In this document: positions 1-18,000 of the stretch, piece by piece
Numbering within the stretch: the stretch's first letter is position 1
Layout: every line of letters starts with the position of its first letter
Source: Eledone cirrhosa
Lineage: Eukaryota
Assembly (NCBI GenBank): GCA_964016885.1
Contig: OZ024741.1
Span: 15,252,001-15,316,000, forward strand
Direction of reading: 5' to 3'
Length of the DNA: 64,000 nucleotides
The notes under the pieces: model-generated
Databases searched by the model: none
What the model was told of the DNA's origin: nothing
The model's input: only the letters and a program-made list of their open reading frames with translations
Position numbers and translations under genes: made by a program

Positions 1-3000
1 AATATGACACTGTATGATATGACACTGGATAATATGACACTGGATAATATGATACTGGATATTATGACACTGGATAATATGATGCTGGATAATATGACAG
101 TGGAGAATATGACACTGGATTATATGACACTGGATATTATGACACTGGAAAATATGACACTGGATAATATGACACTGGATAATATGACACTGGATAATAT
201 GACACTGGATAATATGACACTAGATAATATGACACTGGATAATATGACACTGGATAATATGACACTGGATAATATGATACGGGATAATATGACCCTAGAC
301 AATATGATACTGGAGAATATGACACTGGAGAATATGACACTGGATAATATGACACTAGATAATATGACACTGGACAATATGACACTAGACAATATGACAC
401 TGGATAATATGACACTGGATAATATGACACTGGATAATATGACACTGGATAATATGACACTGGATAATATGATACTGGATAATATGACCCTAGATAATAT
501 GATACTGGAGAATATGACACTGGAGAATATGACACTGGATAATATGACACTAGATAATATGACACTGGAGAATATGACACTAGACAATATGACACTGGAG
601 AATATGTCACTGGATAATATGACATTAGATAATATGACACTGGAGAATATGACACTGTAGAATATGACACAGGATAATATGACACTGGATAATATGACAC
701 TGGAGAATATGACAGTAGATAATATGACACTGGAGAATATGACAATGGAGGATATGACACTAGACAATATGACACTAGATAATATGACACTGGGGAATAT
801 GACACTGGAGAATATGACACTGGATAATATGACACTGGATAATATGACACTGTAGAATATGACACTGGATAATATGACACTAGATAATCTGACACTGGAG
901 GATATGACACTGGATAATATGACACTGGATAATATGACACTAGATAATATGACACTGGATAATATGACACTAGATAATATGACACTAGAGAATATGACAC
1001 TGTGGAATATGACACTGGAGAATATGACACTGGATAATATGACACTGGAGAATATGACACTGGAGAATATGATACTATATAATATGACACTGGAGAATAT
1101 GACACTGAATAATATGACACTGGAGAATATGACACTAGATAATATGACACTGGAGAATATGACACTAGATAATATGACAGTAGATAATATGACACTGGAG
1201 AATATGACACTAGATAATATGACACTGGATTATATGACACTAGATAATATGTGACTAGAGAATATGACACTGGATAATATGACACTGGATAATATGACAC
1301 TGTAGAATATGACACTGGATAATATGACACTAGATAATCTGACACTGGAGGATATGACACTGGATAATATGACACTGGATAATATGACACTAGATAATAT
1401 GACACTGGATAATATGACACTAGATAATATGACACTGAATAATATGACACTAGATAATATGACACTGGAGAATATGACACTGGATAATATGACACTGGAT
1501 AATATGACACTAGATAATCTAACACTGGAGAATATGACAGGAGAGAATATGACACTGGAGAATATGACACTAGATAATATGACACTGGAGAATATGACAC
1601 TAGATAATATGACACTATATGATCTGACACTGGAGGATATGACACTGGATAATATGACACTGGATAATATGACACTGGATAATATGACAATAGATAATAT
1701 GACACTGGATGATATGACACTAGATAATATGACACTGGAGAATGTGACACTATATAATCTGACACTGGAGAATATGACACTAGATAATATGACACTGGAG
1801 AATATGATACTAGATAATATGACACTGGAGAATATGACACTAGATAATATGACACTGCAGAATATGACACTGGACGATATGACACTGGAGAATATGACAC
1901 TGGAGAATATGACAGTAGATAATATGACACTGGAGAATATGACACTGGAGAATATGACACTGGAGAATATGACAGTAGATAATATGACAGTAGATAATAT
2001 GACACTAGATAACATGACACTAGATAATATGACACTGGATATTATGACACTGTAGAATATGACACTGGAGATTATGACATTAGATAATATGACAGTAGAA
2101 CATTTTGACACTAGATAATATGACACTTGATAATATGACACTGCAGAATATGACACTGGAGAATATCACCCTGGAGAATATGACAGTAGATAATATGACA
2201 CTGGAGAATATGACACTGGAGAATATGACACTGGAAAATATGACACTGGAGAATATGACAATAGATAATATGACACTGGATAACATGACACTGGAGAATA
2301 TGACACTGGAGAATATGACACTGGAGAATATGACAGTAGATAATATGACACTGGAGAATATGACACTGGAGAATATGACACTGGATAATATGACACTAGA
2401 TAATATAACACTGGAGAATATGACACGAGAGAATATGACACTGGAGAATATGACACTAGCTAATATGACACTGGAAAATATGACACTGGAGAATAAGACA
2501 CTGGAGAATATGACACTAGAAAATATGACACTGGAGAATGTGACACTGCAGTATATGACACTGGAGAATATGACACTGGATAATATGACACTGCATAATA
2601 TGACACTGGGGAATATGACACTGTAGAATATGACACTGGAGAATATGACACTAGATAATATGACACTGGAGAATATGACACTGGAGAATATGACACTGGA
2701 TAATATGACACTAGATAATATGACACTAGAGAATATGACACTGGATAATATGACACTGGATAATATGACACTGGAGAATATGACACTGGATAATATGACA
2801 CTAGATAATCTGACACTGGAGGATATGACACTGGATCATATGACACTGGATAATATGACACTAGATAATATGACACTGGATAATATGACACTAGATAATA
2901 TGACACTGGAGAATATGACACTGGAAAATATGACACTGGATAATATGACACTAGATAATATGACACTAGATAATATCACACTAGATAATATCACACTAGA

Positions 3001-6000
3001 TAATATGACACTGGATAATATGACACTGGATAATATGACACTGGAGAATATGACACTGGAGAATATGACACTGGAAAATATGACAGTAGATAATATGACA
3101 CTGGAGAATATGACACTAGACAATATGACACTGGAGAATATGTCACTGGATAATATGACATTAGATAATAAGACACTGGAGAATATGACACTGTAGAATA
3201 TGACACAGGATAATATGACACTGGATAATATGACACTGGAGAATATGACAGTAGATAATATGACACTGGAGAATATGACAATGGAGGATATGACACTAGA
3301 CAATATGACACTAGATAATATGACACTGGGGAATATGACACTGGAGAATATGACACTGGATAATATGACACTGGATAATATGACACTGTAGAATATGACA
3401 CTGGATAATATGACACTAGATAATCTGACACTGGAGGATATGACACTGGATAATATGACACTGGATAATATGACACTAGATAATATGACACTGGATAATA
3501 TGACACTAGATAATATGACAATAGAGAATATGACACTGTGGAATATGACATTGGAGAATATGACACTGGATAATATGACACTGGACAATATGACACTGGA
3601 GAATATGATACTATATAATATGACACTGGAGAATATGACACTGAATAATATGACACTGGAGAATATGACACTAGATAATATGACACTGGAGAATATGACA
3701 CTAGATAATATGACAGTAGATAATATGACACTGGAGAATATGACACTAGATAATATGACACTGGATTAAATGACACTAGATAATATGTGACTAGAGAATA
3801 TGACACTGGATAATATGACACTGGATAATATGACACTGTAGAATATGACACTGGATAATATGACACTAGATAATCTGACACTGGAGGATATGACACTGGA
3901 TAATATGACACTGGATAATATGACACTAGATAATATGACACTGGATAATATGACACTAGATAATATGACACTGAATAATATGACACTAGATAATATGACA
4001 CTGGAGAATATGACACTGGATAATATGACACTGGATAATATGACACTAGATAATCTAACACTGGAGAATATGACACGAGAGAATATGACACTGGAGAATA
4101 TGACACTAGATAATATGACACTGGAGAATATGACACTAGATAATATGACACTAGATGATCTGACACTGGAGGATATGACACTGGATAATATGACACTGGA
4201 TAATATGACACTAGATAATATGACACTGGATAATATGACACTAGATAATATGACACTGGAGAATGTGACACTATATAATCTGACACTGGAGAATATGACA
4301 CTAGATAATATGACACTGGAGAATATGATACTAGATAATATGACACTGGAGAATATGACACTAGATAATATGACACTGCAGAATATGACACTGGACGATA
4401 TGACACTGGAGAATATGACACTGGAGAATATGACAGTAGATAATATGACACTGGAGAATATGACACTGGAGAATATGACACTGGAGAATATGACAGTAGA
4501 TAATATGACAGTAGATAATATGACACTAGATAACATGACACTAGATAATATGACACTGGATATTATGACAGTGTAGAATATGACACTGGAGATTATGACA
4601 TTAGATAATATGACACTAGATAATATGACAGTAGAACATTTTGACACTAGATAATATGACACTAGATAATATGACACTGCAGAATATGACACTGGAGAAT
4701 ATCACCCTGGAGAATATGACAGTAGATAATATGACACTGGAGAATATGACACTGGAGAATATGACACTGGATAATATGACACTGGAGAATATGACAATAG
4801 ATAATATGACACTGGATAATATGACACTGGAGAATATGACACTGGAGAATATGACACTGGAGAATATGACACTGGAGAATATGACAGTAGTTAATATGAC
4901 ACTGGAGAATATGACACTGGAGAATATGACACTGGATAATATGACACTAGATAATATAACACTGGAGAATATGACACGAGAGAATATGACACTGGAGAAT
5001 ATGACACTAGCTAATATGACACTGGAAAATATGACACTGGAGAATAAGACACTGGAGAATATGACACTAGAAAATATGACACTGGAGAATATGACACTGC
5101 AGTATATGACACTGGAGAATATGACACTGGATAATATGACACTGCATAATATGACACTGGGGAATATGACACTGGAGAATATGACACTGGAGAATATGAC
5201 AGTAGATAATATGACACTGGAGAATATGACACTGGAGAATATGACACTGGATAATATGACACTAGATAATATGACACTAGAGAATATGACACTGGATAAT
5301 ATGACACTGGATAATATGACACTGGAGAATATGACACTGGATAATATGACACTAGATAATCTGACACTGGAGGATATGACACTGGATAATATGACACTGG
5401 ATAATATGACACTAGATAATATGACACTGGATAATATGACACTGGAGAATATGACACTAGAAAATATGACACTGGAGAATATGACACTGCAGTATATGAC
5501 ACTGGAGAATATGACACTGGATAATATGACACTGCATAATATGACACTGGGGAATATGACACTGGAGAATATGACACTGGAGAATATGACAGTAGATAAT
5601 ATGACACTGGAGAATATGACACTGGAGAATATGACACTGGATAATATGACACTAGATAATATGACACTAGAGAATATGACACTGGATAATATGACACTGG
5701 ATAATATGACAGTAGATAATATGACAGTACATAATATGACACTAGATAACATGACACTAGATAATATGACACTGGATATTATGACACTGTAGAATATGAC
5801 ACTGGAGATTATGACATTAGATAGTATGACACTAGATAATATGACAGTAGAACATTTTGACACTAGATAATATGACACTAGATAATATGACACTGCAGAA
5901 TATGACACTGGAGAATATCACCCTGGAGAATATGACAGTAGATAATATGACACTGGAGAATATGACACTGGAGAATATGACACTGGATAATATGACACTG

Positions 6001-9000
6001 GAGAATATGACAATAGATAATATGACACTGGATAATATGACACTGGAGAATATGACACTGGAGAATATGACACTGGAGAATATGACAGTAGATAATATGA
6101 CACTGGAGAATATGACACTGGAGAATATGACACTGGATAATATGACACTAGATAATATAACACTGGAGAATATGACACTGGAGAATATGACACTGGAGAA
6201 TATGACAATGGAGGATATGACACTAGACAATATGACACTAGATAATATGACACTGGAGAATATGACACTGGAGAATATGACACTAGATAATATGACACTG
6301 TGGAATATGACACTGGAGAATATGACACTGGATAATATGACACTGGAGAATATGACACTGGAGAATATGATACTATATAATATGACACTGGAGAATATGA
6401 CACTGAATAATATGACACTGGAGAATATGACACTAGATAATATGACACTGGAGAATATGACACTAGATAATATGACAGTAGATAATATGACACTGGAGAA
6501 TATGACACTAGATAATATGACACTGGATTATATGACACTAGATAATATGACACTAGAGAATATGACACTGGATAATATGACACTGGATAATATGACACTG
6601 TAGAATATGACACTGGATAATATGACACTAGATAATCTGACACTGGAGAATATGACACTGGATAATATGACACTGGAGAATATGACACTGGAGAATATGA
6701 TACTATATAATATGACACTGGAGAATATGACACTGAATAATATGACACTGGAGAATATGACACTAGATAATATGACACTGGAGAATATGACACTAGATAA
6801 TATGACAGTAGATAATATGACACTGGAGAATATGACACTAGATAATATGACACTGGATTATATGACACTAGATAATATGACACTAGAAAATATGACACTG
6901 GATAATATGACACTGGATAATATGACACTGTAGAATATGACACTGGATAATATGACACTAGATAATCTGACACTGGAGGATATGACACTGGATAATATGA
7001 CACTGGATAATATGACACTAGATAATATGACACTGGATAATATGACACTAGATAATATGACACTGGATAATATGACACTAGATAATATGACACTGGATAA
7101 TATGACACTAGATAATATGACACTGGAGAATGTGACACTATATAATCTGACACTGGAGAATATGACACTAGATAATATGACACTGGAGAATATGACACTG
7201 GAGAATATGACACTAGATAATATGACACTGCAGAATATGACACTGGACGATATGACACTGGAGAATATGACACTGGAGAATATGACAGTAGATAATATGA
7301 CACTGGAGAATATGACACTGGAGAATATGACACTGGAGAATATGACAGTAGATAATATGACAGTAGATAATATGACACTAGATAACATGACACTAGATAA
7401 TATGACACTGGATATTATGACACTGTAGAATATGACAGTGGAGATTATGACATTAGATAATATGACACTAGATAATATGACAGTAGAACATTTTGACACT
7501 AGATAATATGACACTGGATAATATGACACTGGAGAATATGACAATAGATAATATGACACTGGATAATATGACACTGGAGAATATGACACTGGAGAATATG
7601 ACAGTAGATAATATGACACTGGAGAATATGACACTGGAGAATATGACACTGGATAATATGACACTAGCTAATATGACACTGGAAAATATGACACTGGAGA
7701 ATAAGACACTGGAGAATATGACACTAGAAAATATGACACTGGAGAATATGACACTGCAGTATATGACACTGGAGAATATGACACTGGATAATATGACACT
7801 GCATAATATGACACTGGGGAATATGACACTGGATAATATGACCCTGGAGAATATGACACTAGATAATATGACACTGGATAATATGACACTAGATAATATG
7901 ACACTAGAAAATATGACACTGGAGAATATGACACTGGAGAATATCACACTGGATAATATGACACTGGAGAATATGACACTGGATAATATGACACTAGATA
8001 ATATGACACTAGATAATATCACACTAGATATTATCACACTAGATAATATGACACTGGATAATATGACACTGGATAATATGACACTGGAGAATATGACACT
8101 GGAGAATATGACACTGGAAAATATGACAGTAGATAATATGACACTGGAGAATATGACACTGGAGAATATGAGACTGGATAATATGACACTGGAGAATATG
8201 ACAGTAAATAATATGACACTGGATAATATGACACTGGATAATATGACACTGGAGAATATGACATTAGTTAATATGACACTGGATAATGTGACACTGTAGA
8301 ATATGACACTGGATAATATGACACTAGATAATCTGACACTGGAGAATATGACACTGGATAATATGACACTGGAGAATATGACACTGGAGAATATGATACT
8401 ATATAATATGACACTGGAGAATATGACACTGAATAATATGACACTGGAGAATATGACACTAGATAATATGACACTGGAGAATATGACACTAGATAATATG
8501 ACAGTAGATAATATGACACTGGAGAATATGACACTAGATAATATGACACTGGATTATATGACACTAGATAATATGACACTAGAAAATATGACACTGGATA
8601 ATATGACACTGGATAATATGACACTGTAGAATATGACACTGGATAATATGACACTAGATAATCTGACACTGGAGGATATGACACTGGATAATATGACACT
8701 GGATAATATGACACTAGATAATATGACACTGGATAATATGACACTAGATAATATGACACTGGATAATATGACACTAGATAATATGACACTGGATAATATG
8801 ACACTAGATAATATGACACTGGAGAATGTGACACTATATAATCTGACACTGGAGAATATGACACTAGATAATATGACACTGGAGAATATGACACTGGAGA
8901 ATATGACACTAGATAATATGACACTGCAGAATATGACACTGGACGATATGACACTGGAGAATATGACACTGGAGAATATGACAGTAGATAATATGACACT

Positions 9001-12000
9001 GGAGAATATGACACTGGAGAATATGACACTGGAGAATATGACAGTAGATAATATGACAGTAGATAATATGACACTAGATAACATGACACTAGATAATATG
9101 ACACTGGATATTATGACACTGTAGAATATGACAGTGGAGATTATGACATTAGATAATATGACACTAGATAATATGACAGTAGAACATTTTGACACTAGAT
9201 AATATGACACTGGATAATATGACACTGGAGAATATGACAATAGATAATATGACACTGGATAATATGACACTGGAGAATATGACACTGGAGAATATGACAG
9301 TAGATAATATGACACTGGAGAATATGACACTGGAGAATATGACACTGGATAATATGACACTAGCTAATATGACACTGGAAAATATGACACTGGAGAATAA
9401 GACACTGGAGAATATGACGCTAGAAAATATGACACTGGAGAATATGACACTGCAGTATATGACACTGGAGAATATGACACTGGATAATATGACACTGCAT
9501 AATATGACACTGGGGAATATGACACTGGATAATATGACCCTGGAGAATATGACACGAGATAATATGACACTGGATAATATGACACTAGATAATATGACAC
9601 TAGAAAATATGACACTGGAGAATATGACACTGGAGAATATCACACTGGATAATATGACACTGGAGAATATGACACTGGATAATATGACACTAGATAATAT
9701 GACACTAGATAATATCACACTAGATATTATCACACTAGATAATATGACACTGGATAATATGACACTGGATAATATGACACTGGAGAATATGACACTGGAG
9801 AATATGACACTGGAAAATATGACAGTAGATAATATGACACTGGAGAATATGACACTGGAGAATATGAGACTGGATAATATGACACTGGAGAATATGACAG
9901 TAGATAATATGACACTGGATAATATGACACTGGATAATATGACACTGGAGAATATGACATTAGTTAATATGACACTGGATAATGTGACACTGGAGAATAT
10001 GACACTGGAGGATATGGCACTAGACAATATGACACTAGATAATATGACACTGGATAATAGATACTGGGGAATATGACACTAGATAATATGTCACTGGAGA
10101 ATATGACAGTAGATAATATGACACTGGATAATATGACACTGGATATTATGTCACTGGATAATATGACAGTAGATAATATGACACTGGAGAATATGACACT
10201 GGAGAATATAATACTGGAGAATATGACACTGGAGAATATGACAGTAGATAATATGACAGTGGATAATATGACACTAGATAATATGACACTGGATAATATG
10301 ACACTGGATAATATGACACTGGAGAATATGACACTAGATAATATGACACTGGAGAATATGACACTAGATAATATGACACTGGATAATATGACACTAGATA
10401 ATATGACACTGGAGAATATGACACTGGAGAATATGAGACTGGATAATATGACACTAGATAAGATGACGCTAGATATTATGACACTGGAGAATATGACACT
10501 GGATAATATGACACTGGAGAATATGACACTGGAGAATATGACAGTAGATAATATGACTCTGGATAATATGACACTAGATAATATGACAGTAGATAATATG
10601 ACACTAGATAATATGACACTAGATAATATGACACTAGATAATATGACACTAGAAAATATGACACTGCAGAATATGACACTGGATAATATGACACTGGAGA
10701 ATATGTCACTGGAGAATATGACAGTAGATAATATGACACTAGATAATATAACACTGGAGAATATGACACTGGATAATATGACACTGGAGAATATGACAGT
10801 AGATAATATGACACTGGATAATATGACACTGGATAATATGACACTGGAGAATATGACACTGGATAATATGACACTGGAGAATATGACAGTAGATAATATG
10901 ACACTGAAGAATATGACAATGGAGGATATGACACTAGACAATATGACACTAGATAATATGACACTGGAGAATATGACACTGGAGAATATGACACTAGATA
11001 ATATGACACTAGATAATATGACACTGGAGAATATGACACTGGATAATATGACACTGGAGAATATGACACTGGAGAATATGACACTGTAGAATATGACACT
11101 GGATAATATGACACTGGAGAATATGACACTGAATAATATGACACTGGAGAATATGACACTAGATAATATGACACTGGAGAATATGACACTAGATAATATG
11201 ACAGTAGATAATATGACACTGGAGAATATGACACTAGATAATATGACACTGGATTATATGACACTAGATAATATGACACTAGAGAATATGACACTGGATA
11301 ATATGACACTGGATAATATGACACTGTAGAATATGACACTGGATAATATGACACTAGATAATCTGACACTGGAGGATATGACACTGGATAATATGACACT
11401 GGATAATATGACACTAGATAATATGACACTGGATAATATGACACTAGATAATATGACACTGGATAATATGACACTAGATAATATGACACTAAAGCATATG
11501 ACACTGGATAATATGACACTGGATAATATGACACTAGATAATCTAACACTGGAGAATATGACACGAGAGAATATGACACTGGAGAATATGACACTAGATA
11601 ATATGACACTGGAGAATATGACACTAGATAATATGACACTAGATGATCTGACACTGGAGGATATGACACTGGATAATATGACACTGGATAATATGACACT
11701 AGATAATATGACACTGGATAATATGACACTAGATAATATGACACTGGAGAATGTGACACTAGATAATCTGACACTGGAGAATATGACACTAGATAATATG
11801 ACACTGGAGAATATGATACTAGATAATATGACACTGGAGAATATGACACTAGATAATATGACACTGCAGAATATGACACTGGAGAATATGACACTGGAGA
11901 ATATGACACTGGAGAATATGACAGTATATAATATGACACTGGAGAATATGACACTGGAGAATATGACACTGGATAATATGACAGTAGATAATATGACAGT

Positions 12001-15000
12001 AGATAATATGACACTAGATAACATGACACTATATAATATGACACTGGATATTATGACACTGTAGAATATGACACTGGAGATTATGACATTAGATAATATG
12101 ACACTAGATAATATGACAGTAGAAAATTTTGACACTAGATAATATGACACTGCAGAATATGACACTGGAGAATATGACACTGGATAATATGACACTGGAG
12201 AATATGACAGTAGATAATATGACACTGGAGAATATGACACTGGAGAATATGTGTCTGGATAATATGACACTAGATAATATAACACTGGAGAATATGACAC
12301 GAGAGAATATGACACTGGAGAAAATGACACTAGCTAATATGACACTGGAAAATATGACACTGGAGAATAAGACACTGGAGAATATCACACTGGATAATAT
12401 GACACTGGAGAATATGACAGTAGATAATATGACACTGGATAATATGACACTGGATAATATGACACTGGAGAATATGACACTGGATGATATGACACTGGAG
12501 AATATGACAGTAGATAATATGACACTGAAGAATATGACAATGGAGGATATGACACTAGACAATATGACACTAGATAATATGACACTGGAGAATATGACAC
12601 TGGAGATTATGACACTAGATAATATGACACTGTAGAATATGACACTGGAGAATATGACACTGGATAATATGACACTGGAGAATATGACACTGGAGAATAT
12701 GATACTATATAATATGACACTGGAGAATATGACACTGAATAATATGACACTGGAGAATATGACACTAGATAATATGACACTGGAGAATATGACACTAGAT
12801 AATATGACAGTAGATCATATGACACTGGAGAATATGACACTAGATAATATGACACTGGATTATATGACACTAGATAATATGACACTAGAGAATATGACAC
12901 TGGATAATATGACACTGGATAATATGACACTGTAGAATATGACACTGGATAATATGACACTAGATAATCTGACACTGGAGAATATGACACTGGATAATAT
13001 GACACTGGAGAATATGACACTGGAGAATATGATACTATATAATATGACACTGGAGAATATGACACTGAATAATATCACACTGGAGAATATGACACTAGAT
13101 AATATGACACTGGAGAATATGACACTAGATAATATGACAGTAGATAATATGACACTGGAGAATATGACACTAGATAATATGACACTGGATTATATGACAC
13201 TAGATAATATGTGACTAGAGAATATGACACTGGATAATATGACACTGGATAATATGACACTGGAGCATATGTCACTGGAGAATATGACAGTAGATAATAT
13301 GACACTAGATAATATAACACTGGAGAATATGACACTGGAGAATATGACACTGGATAATATGACCCTGGAGAATATGACACTAGATAATATGACACTGGAG
13401 AAAATGACACTAGCTAATATGACACTGGAAAATATGACACTGGAGAATAAGACACTGGAGAATATCACACTGGATAATATGACACTGGAGAATATGACAG
13501 TAGATAGTATGACACTGGATAATATGACACTGGATAATATGACACTGGAGAATATGACACTGGATAATATGACACTGGAGAATATGACAGTAGATAATAT
13601 GACACTGAAGAATATGACAATGGAGGATATGACACTAGACAATATGACACTAGATAATATGACACTGGAGAATATGACACTGGAGATTATGACACTAGAT
13701 AATATGACACTGTGGAATATGACACTGGAGAATATGACACTGGATAATATGACACTGGAGAATATGACACTGGAGAATATGATACTATATAATATGACAC
13801 TGGAGAATATGACACTGAATAATATGACACTGGAGAATATGACACTAGATAATATGACACTGGAGAATATGACACTAGATAATATGACAGTAGATAATAT
13901 GACACTGGAGAATATGACACTAGATAATATGACACTGGATTATATGACACTAGATAATATGACACTAGAGAATATGACACTGGATAATATGACACTGGAT
14001 AATATGACACTGTAGAATATGACACTGGATAATATGACACTAGATAATCTGACACTGGAGAATATGACACTGGATAATATGACACTGGAGAATATGACAC
14101 TGGAGAATATGATACTATATAATATGACACTGGAGAATATGACACTGAATAATATGACACTGGAGAATATGACACTAGATAATATGACACTGGAGAATAT
14201 GACACTAGATAATATGACAGTAGATAATATGACACTGGAGAATATGACACTAGATAATATGACACTGGATTATATGACACTAGATAATATGTGACTAGAG
14301 AATATGACACTGGATAATATGACACTGGATAATATGACACTGGAGAATATGTCACTGGAGAATATGACAGTAGATAATATGACACTAGATAATATAACAC
14401 TGGAGAATATGACACTGGAGAATATGACACTGGATAATATGACCCTGGAGAATATGACACTAGATAATATGACACTGGATAATATGACACTAGATAATAT
14501 GACACTAGAAAATATGACACTGGAGAATATGACACTGGAGAATATCACACTGGATAATATGACACTGGAGAATATGACAGTAGATAATATGACACTGGAT
14601 AATATGACACTGGATAATATGACACTGGAGAATATGACACTGGATAATATGACACTGGAGAATATGACAGTAGATAATATGACACTGAAGAATATGACAA
14701 TGGAGGATATGACACTAGACAATATGACACTAGATAATATGACACTGGAGAATATGACACTGGAGAATATGACACTAAATAATATGACACTGTGGAATAT
14801 GACACTGGAGAATATGACACTGGATAATATGACACTGGAGAATATGACACTGGAGAATATGATACTATATAATATGACACTGGAGAATATGACACTGAAT
14901 AATATGACATGTGGAGAATATGACACTAGATAATATGACACTGGAGAATATGACACTAGATAATATGACAGTAGATAATATGACACTGGAGAATATGACA

Positions 15001-18000
15001 CTAGATAATATGACACTGGATTATATGACACTAGATAATATGACACTAGAGAATATGACACTGGATAATATGACACTGGATAATATGACACTCTAGAATA
15101 TGACACTGGATAATATGACACTAGATAATCTGACACTGGAGAATATGACACTGGATAATATGACACTGGAGAATATGACACTGGAGAATATGATACTATA
15201 TAATATGACACTGGAGAATATGACACTGAATAATATGACACTGGAGAATATGACACTAGATAATATGCCATGGAGAATATGACACTAGATAATATGACAG
15301 TAGATAATATGACACTGGAGAATATGACACTAGATAATATGACACTGGATTATATGACACTAGATAATATGTGACTAGAGAATATGACACTGGATAATAT
15401 GACACTGGATAATATGACACTGTAGAATATGACACTGGATAATATGACACTAGATAATCTGACACTGGAGGATATGACACTGGATAATATGACACTGGAT
15501 AATATGACACTAGATAATATGACACTGGATAATATGACACTAGATAATATGACACTGAATAATATGACACTAGATAATATGACACTGGAGAATATGACAC
15601 TGGATAATATGACACTGGATAATATGACACTAGATAATCTAACACTGGAGAATATGACACGAGAGAATATGACACTGGAGAATATGACACTAGATAATAT
15701 GACACTGGAGAATATGACACTAGATAATATGACACTAGATGATCCGACACTGGAGGATATGACACTGGATAATATGACACTGGATCATATGACACTAGAT
15801 AATATGACACTGGATAATATGACACTAGATAATATGACACTGGAGAATGTGACACTATATAATCTGACACTGGAGAATATGACACTAGATAATATGACAC
15901 TGGAGAATATGACACTGGAGAATATGACACTAGATAATATGACACTGCAGAATATGACACTGGACGATATGACACTGGAGAATATGACACTGGAGAATAT
16001 GACAGTAGATAATATGACACTGGAGAATATGACATTGGAGAATATGACACTGGAGAATATGACAGTAGATAATATGACAGTAGATAATATGACACTAGAT
16101 AACATGACACTAGATAATATGACACTGGATATTATGACACTGTAGAATATGACACTGGAGATTATGACATTAGATAATATGACACTAGATAATATGACAG
16201 TAGAACATTTTGACACTAGATAATATGACACTAGATAATATGACACTGCAGAATATGACACTGGAGAATATCACCCTGGAGAATATGACAGTAGATAATA
16301 TGACACTGGAGAATATGACACTGGAGAATATGACACTGGATAATATGACACTGGAGAATATGACAATAGATAATATGACACTGGATAATATGACACTGGA
16401 GAATATTACACTGGAGAACATGACACTGGAGAATATGACAGTAGATAATATGACACTGGAGAATATGACACTGGAGAATATGTGTCTGGATAATATGACA
16501 CTAGATAATATAACACTGGAGAATATGACACGAGAGAATATGACACTGGAGAAAATGACACTAGCTAATATGACACTGGAAAATATGACACTGGAGAATA
16601 AGACACTGGAGAATATGACACTGGATAATATGACACTGGAGAATATGACAGTAGATAATATGACACTGGATAATATGACACAGGATAATATGACACTGGA
16701 GAATATGACACTGGATAATATGACACTGGAGAATATGACAGTAGATAATATGACACTGAAGAATATGACAATGGAGGATATGACACTAGACAATATGACA
16801 CTAGATAATATGACACTGGAGAATATGACACTGGAGATTATGACACTAGATAATATGACACTGTGGAATATGACACTGGAGAATATGACACTGGATAATA
16901 TGACACTAGATAATATGACACTGGAGAATATGACACTAGATAATATGACAGTAGATAATATGACACTGGAGAATATGACACTAGATAATATGACACTGGA
17001 TTATATGACACTAGATAATATGACACTAGAGAATATGACACTGGATAATATGACACTGGATAATATGACACTGTAGAATATGACACTGGATAATATGACA
17101 CTAGATAATCTGACACTGGAGAATATGACACTGGATAATATGACACTGGAGAATATGACACTGGAGAATATGATACTATATAATATGACACTGGAGAATA
17201 TGACACTGAATAATATGACACTGGAGAATATGACACTAGATAATATGACACTGGAGAATATGACACTAGATAATATGACAGTAGATAATATGACACTGGA
17301 GAATATGACACTAGATAATATGACACTGGATTATATGACACTAGATAATATGTGACTAGAGAATATGACACTGGATAATATGACACTGGATAATATGACA
17401 CTGGAGAATATGTCACTGGAGAATATGACAGTAGATAATATGACACTAGATAATATAACACTGGAGAATATGACACTGGAGAATATGACACTGGATAATA
17501 TGACCCTGGAGAATATGACACTAGATAATATGACACTGGATAATATGACACTAGATAATATGACACTAGAAAATATGACACTGGAGAATATGACACTGGA
17601 GAATATCACACTGGATAATATGACACTGGAGAATATGACAGTAGATAATATGACACTGGATAATATGACACTGGATAATATGACACTGGAGAATATGACA
17701 CTGGATAATATGACACTGGAGAATATGACAGTAGATAATATGACACTGAAGAATATGACAATGGAGGATATGACACTAGACAATATGACACTAGATAATA
17801 TGACACTGGAGAATATGACACTGGAGAATATGACACTAAATAATATGACACTGTGGAATATGACACTGGAGAATATGACACTGGATAATATGACACTGGA
17901 GAATATGACACTGGAGAATATGATACTATATAATATGACACTGGAGAATATGACACTGAATAATATGACACTGGAGAATATGACACTAGATAATATGACA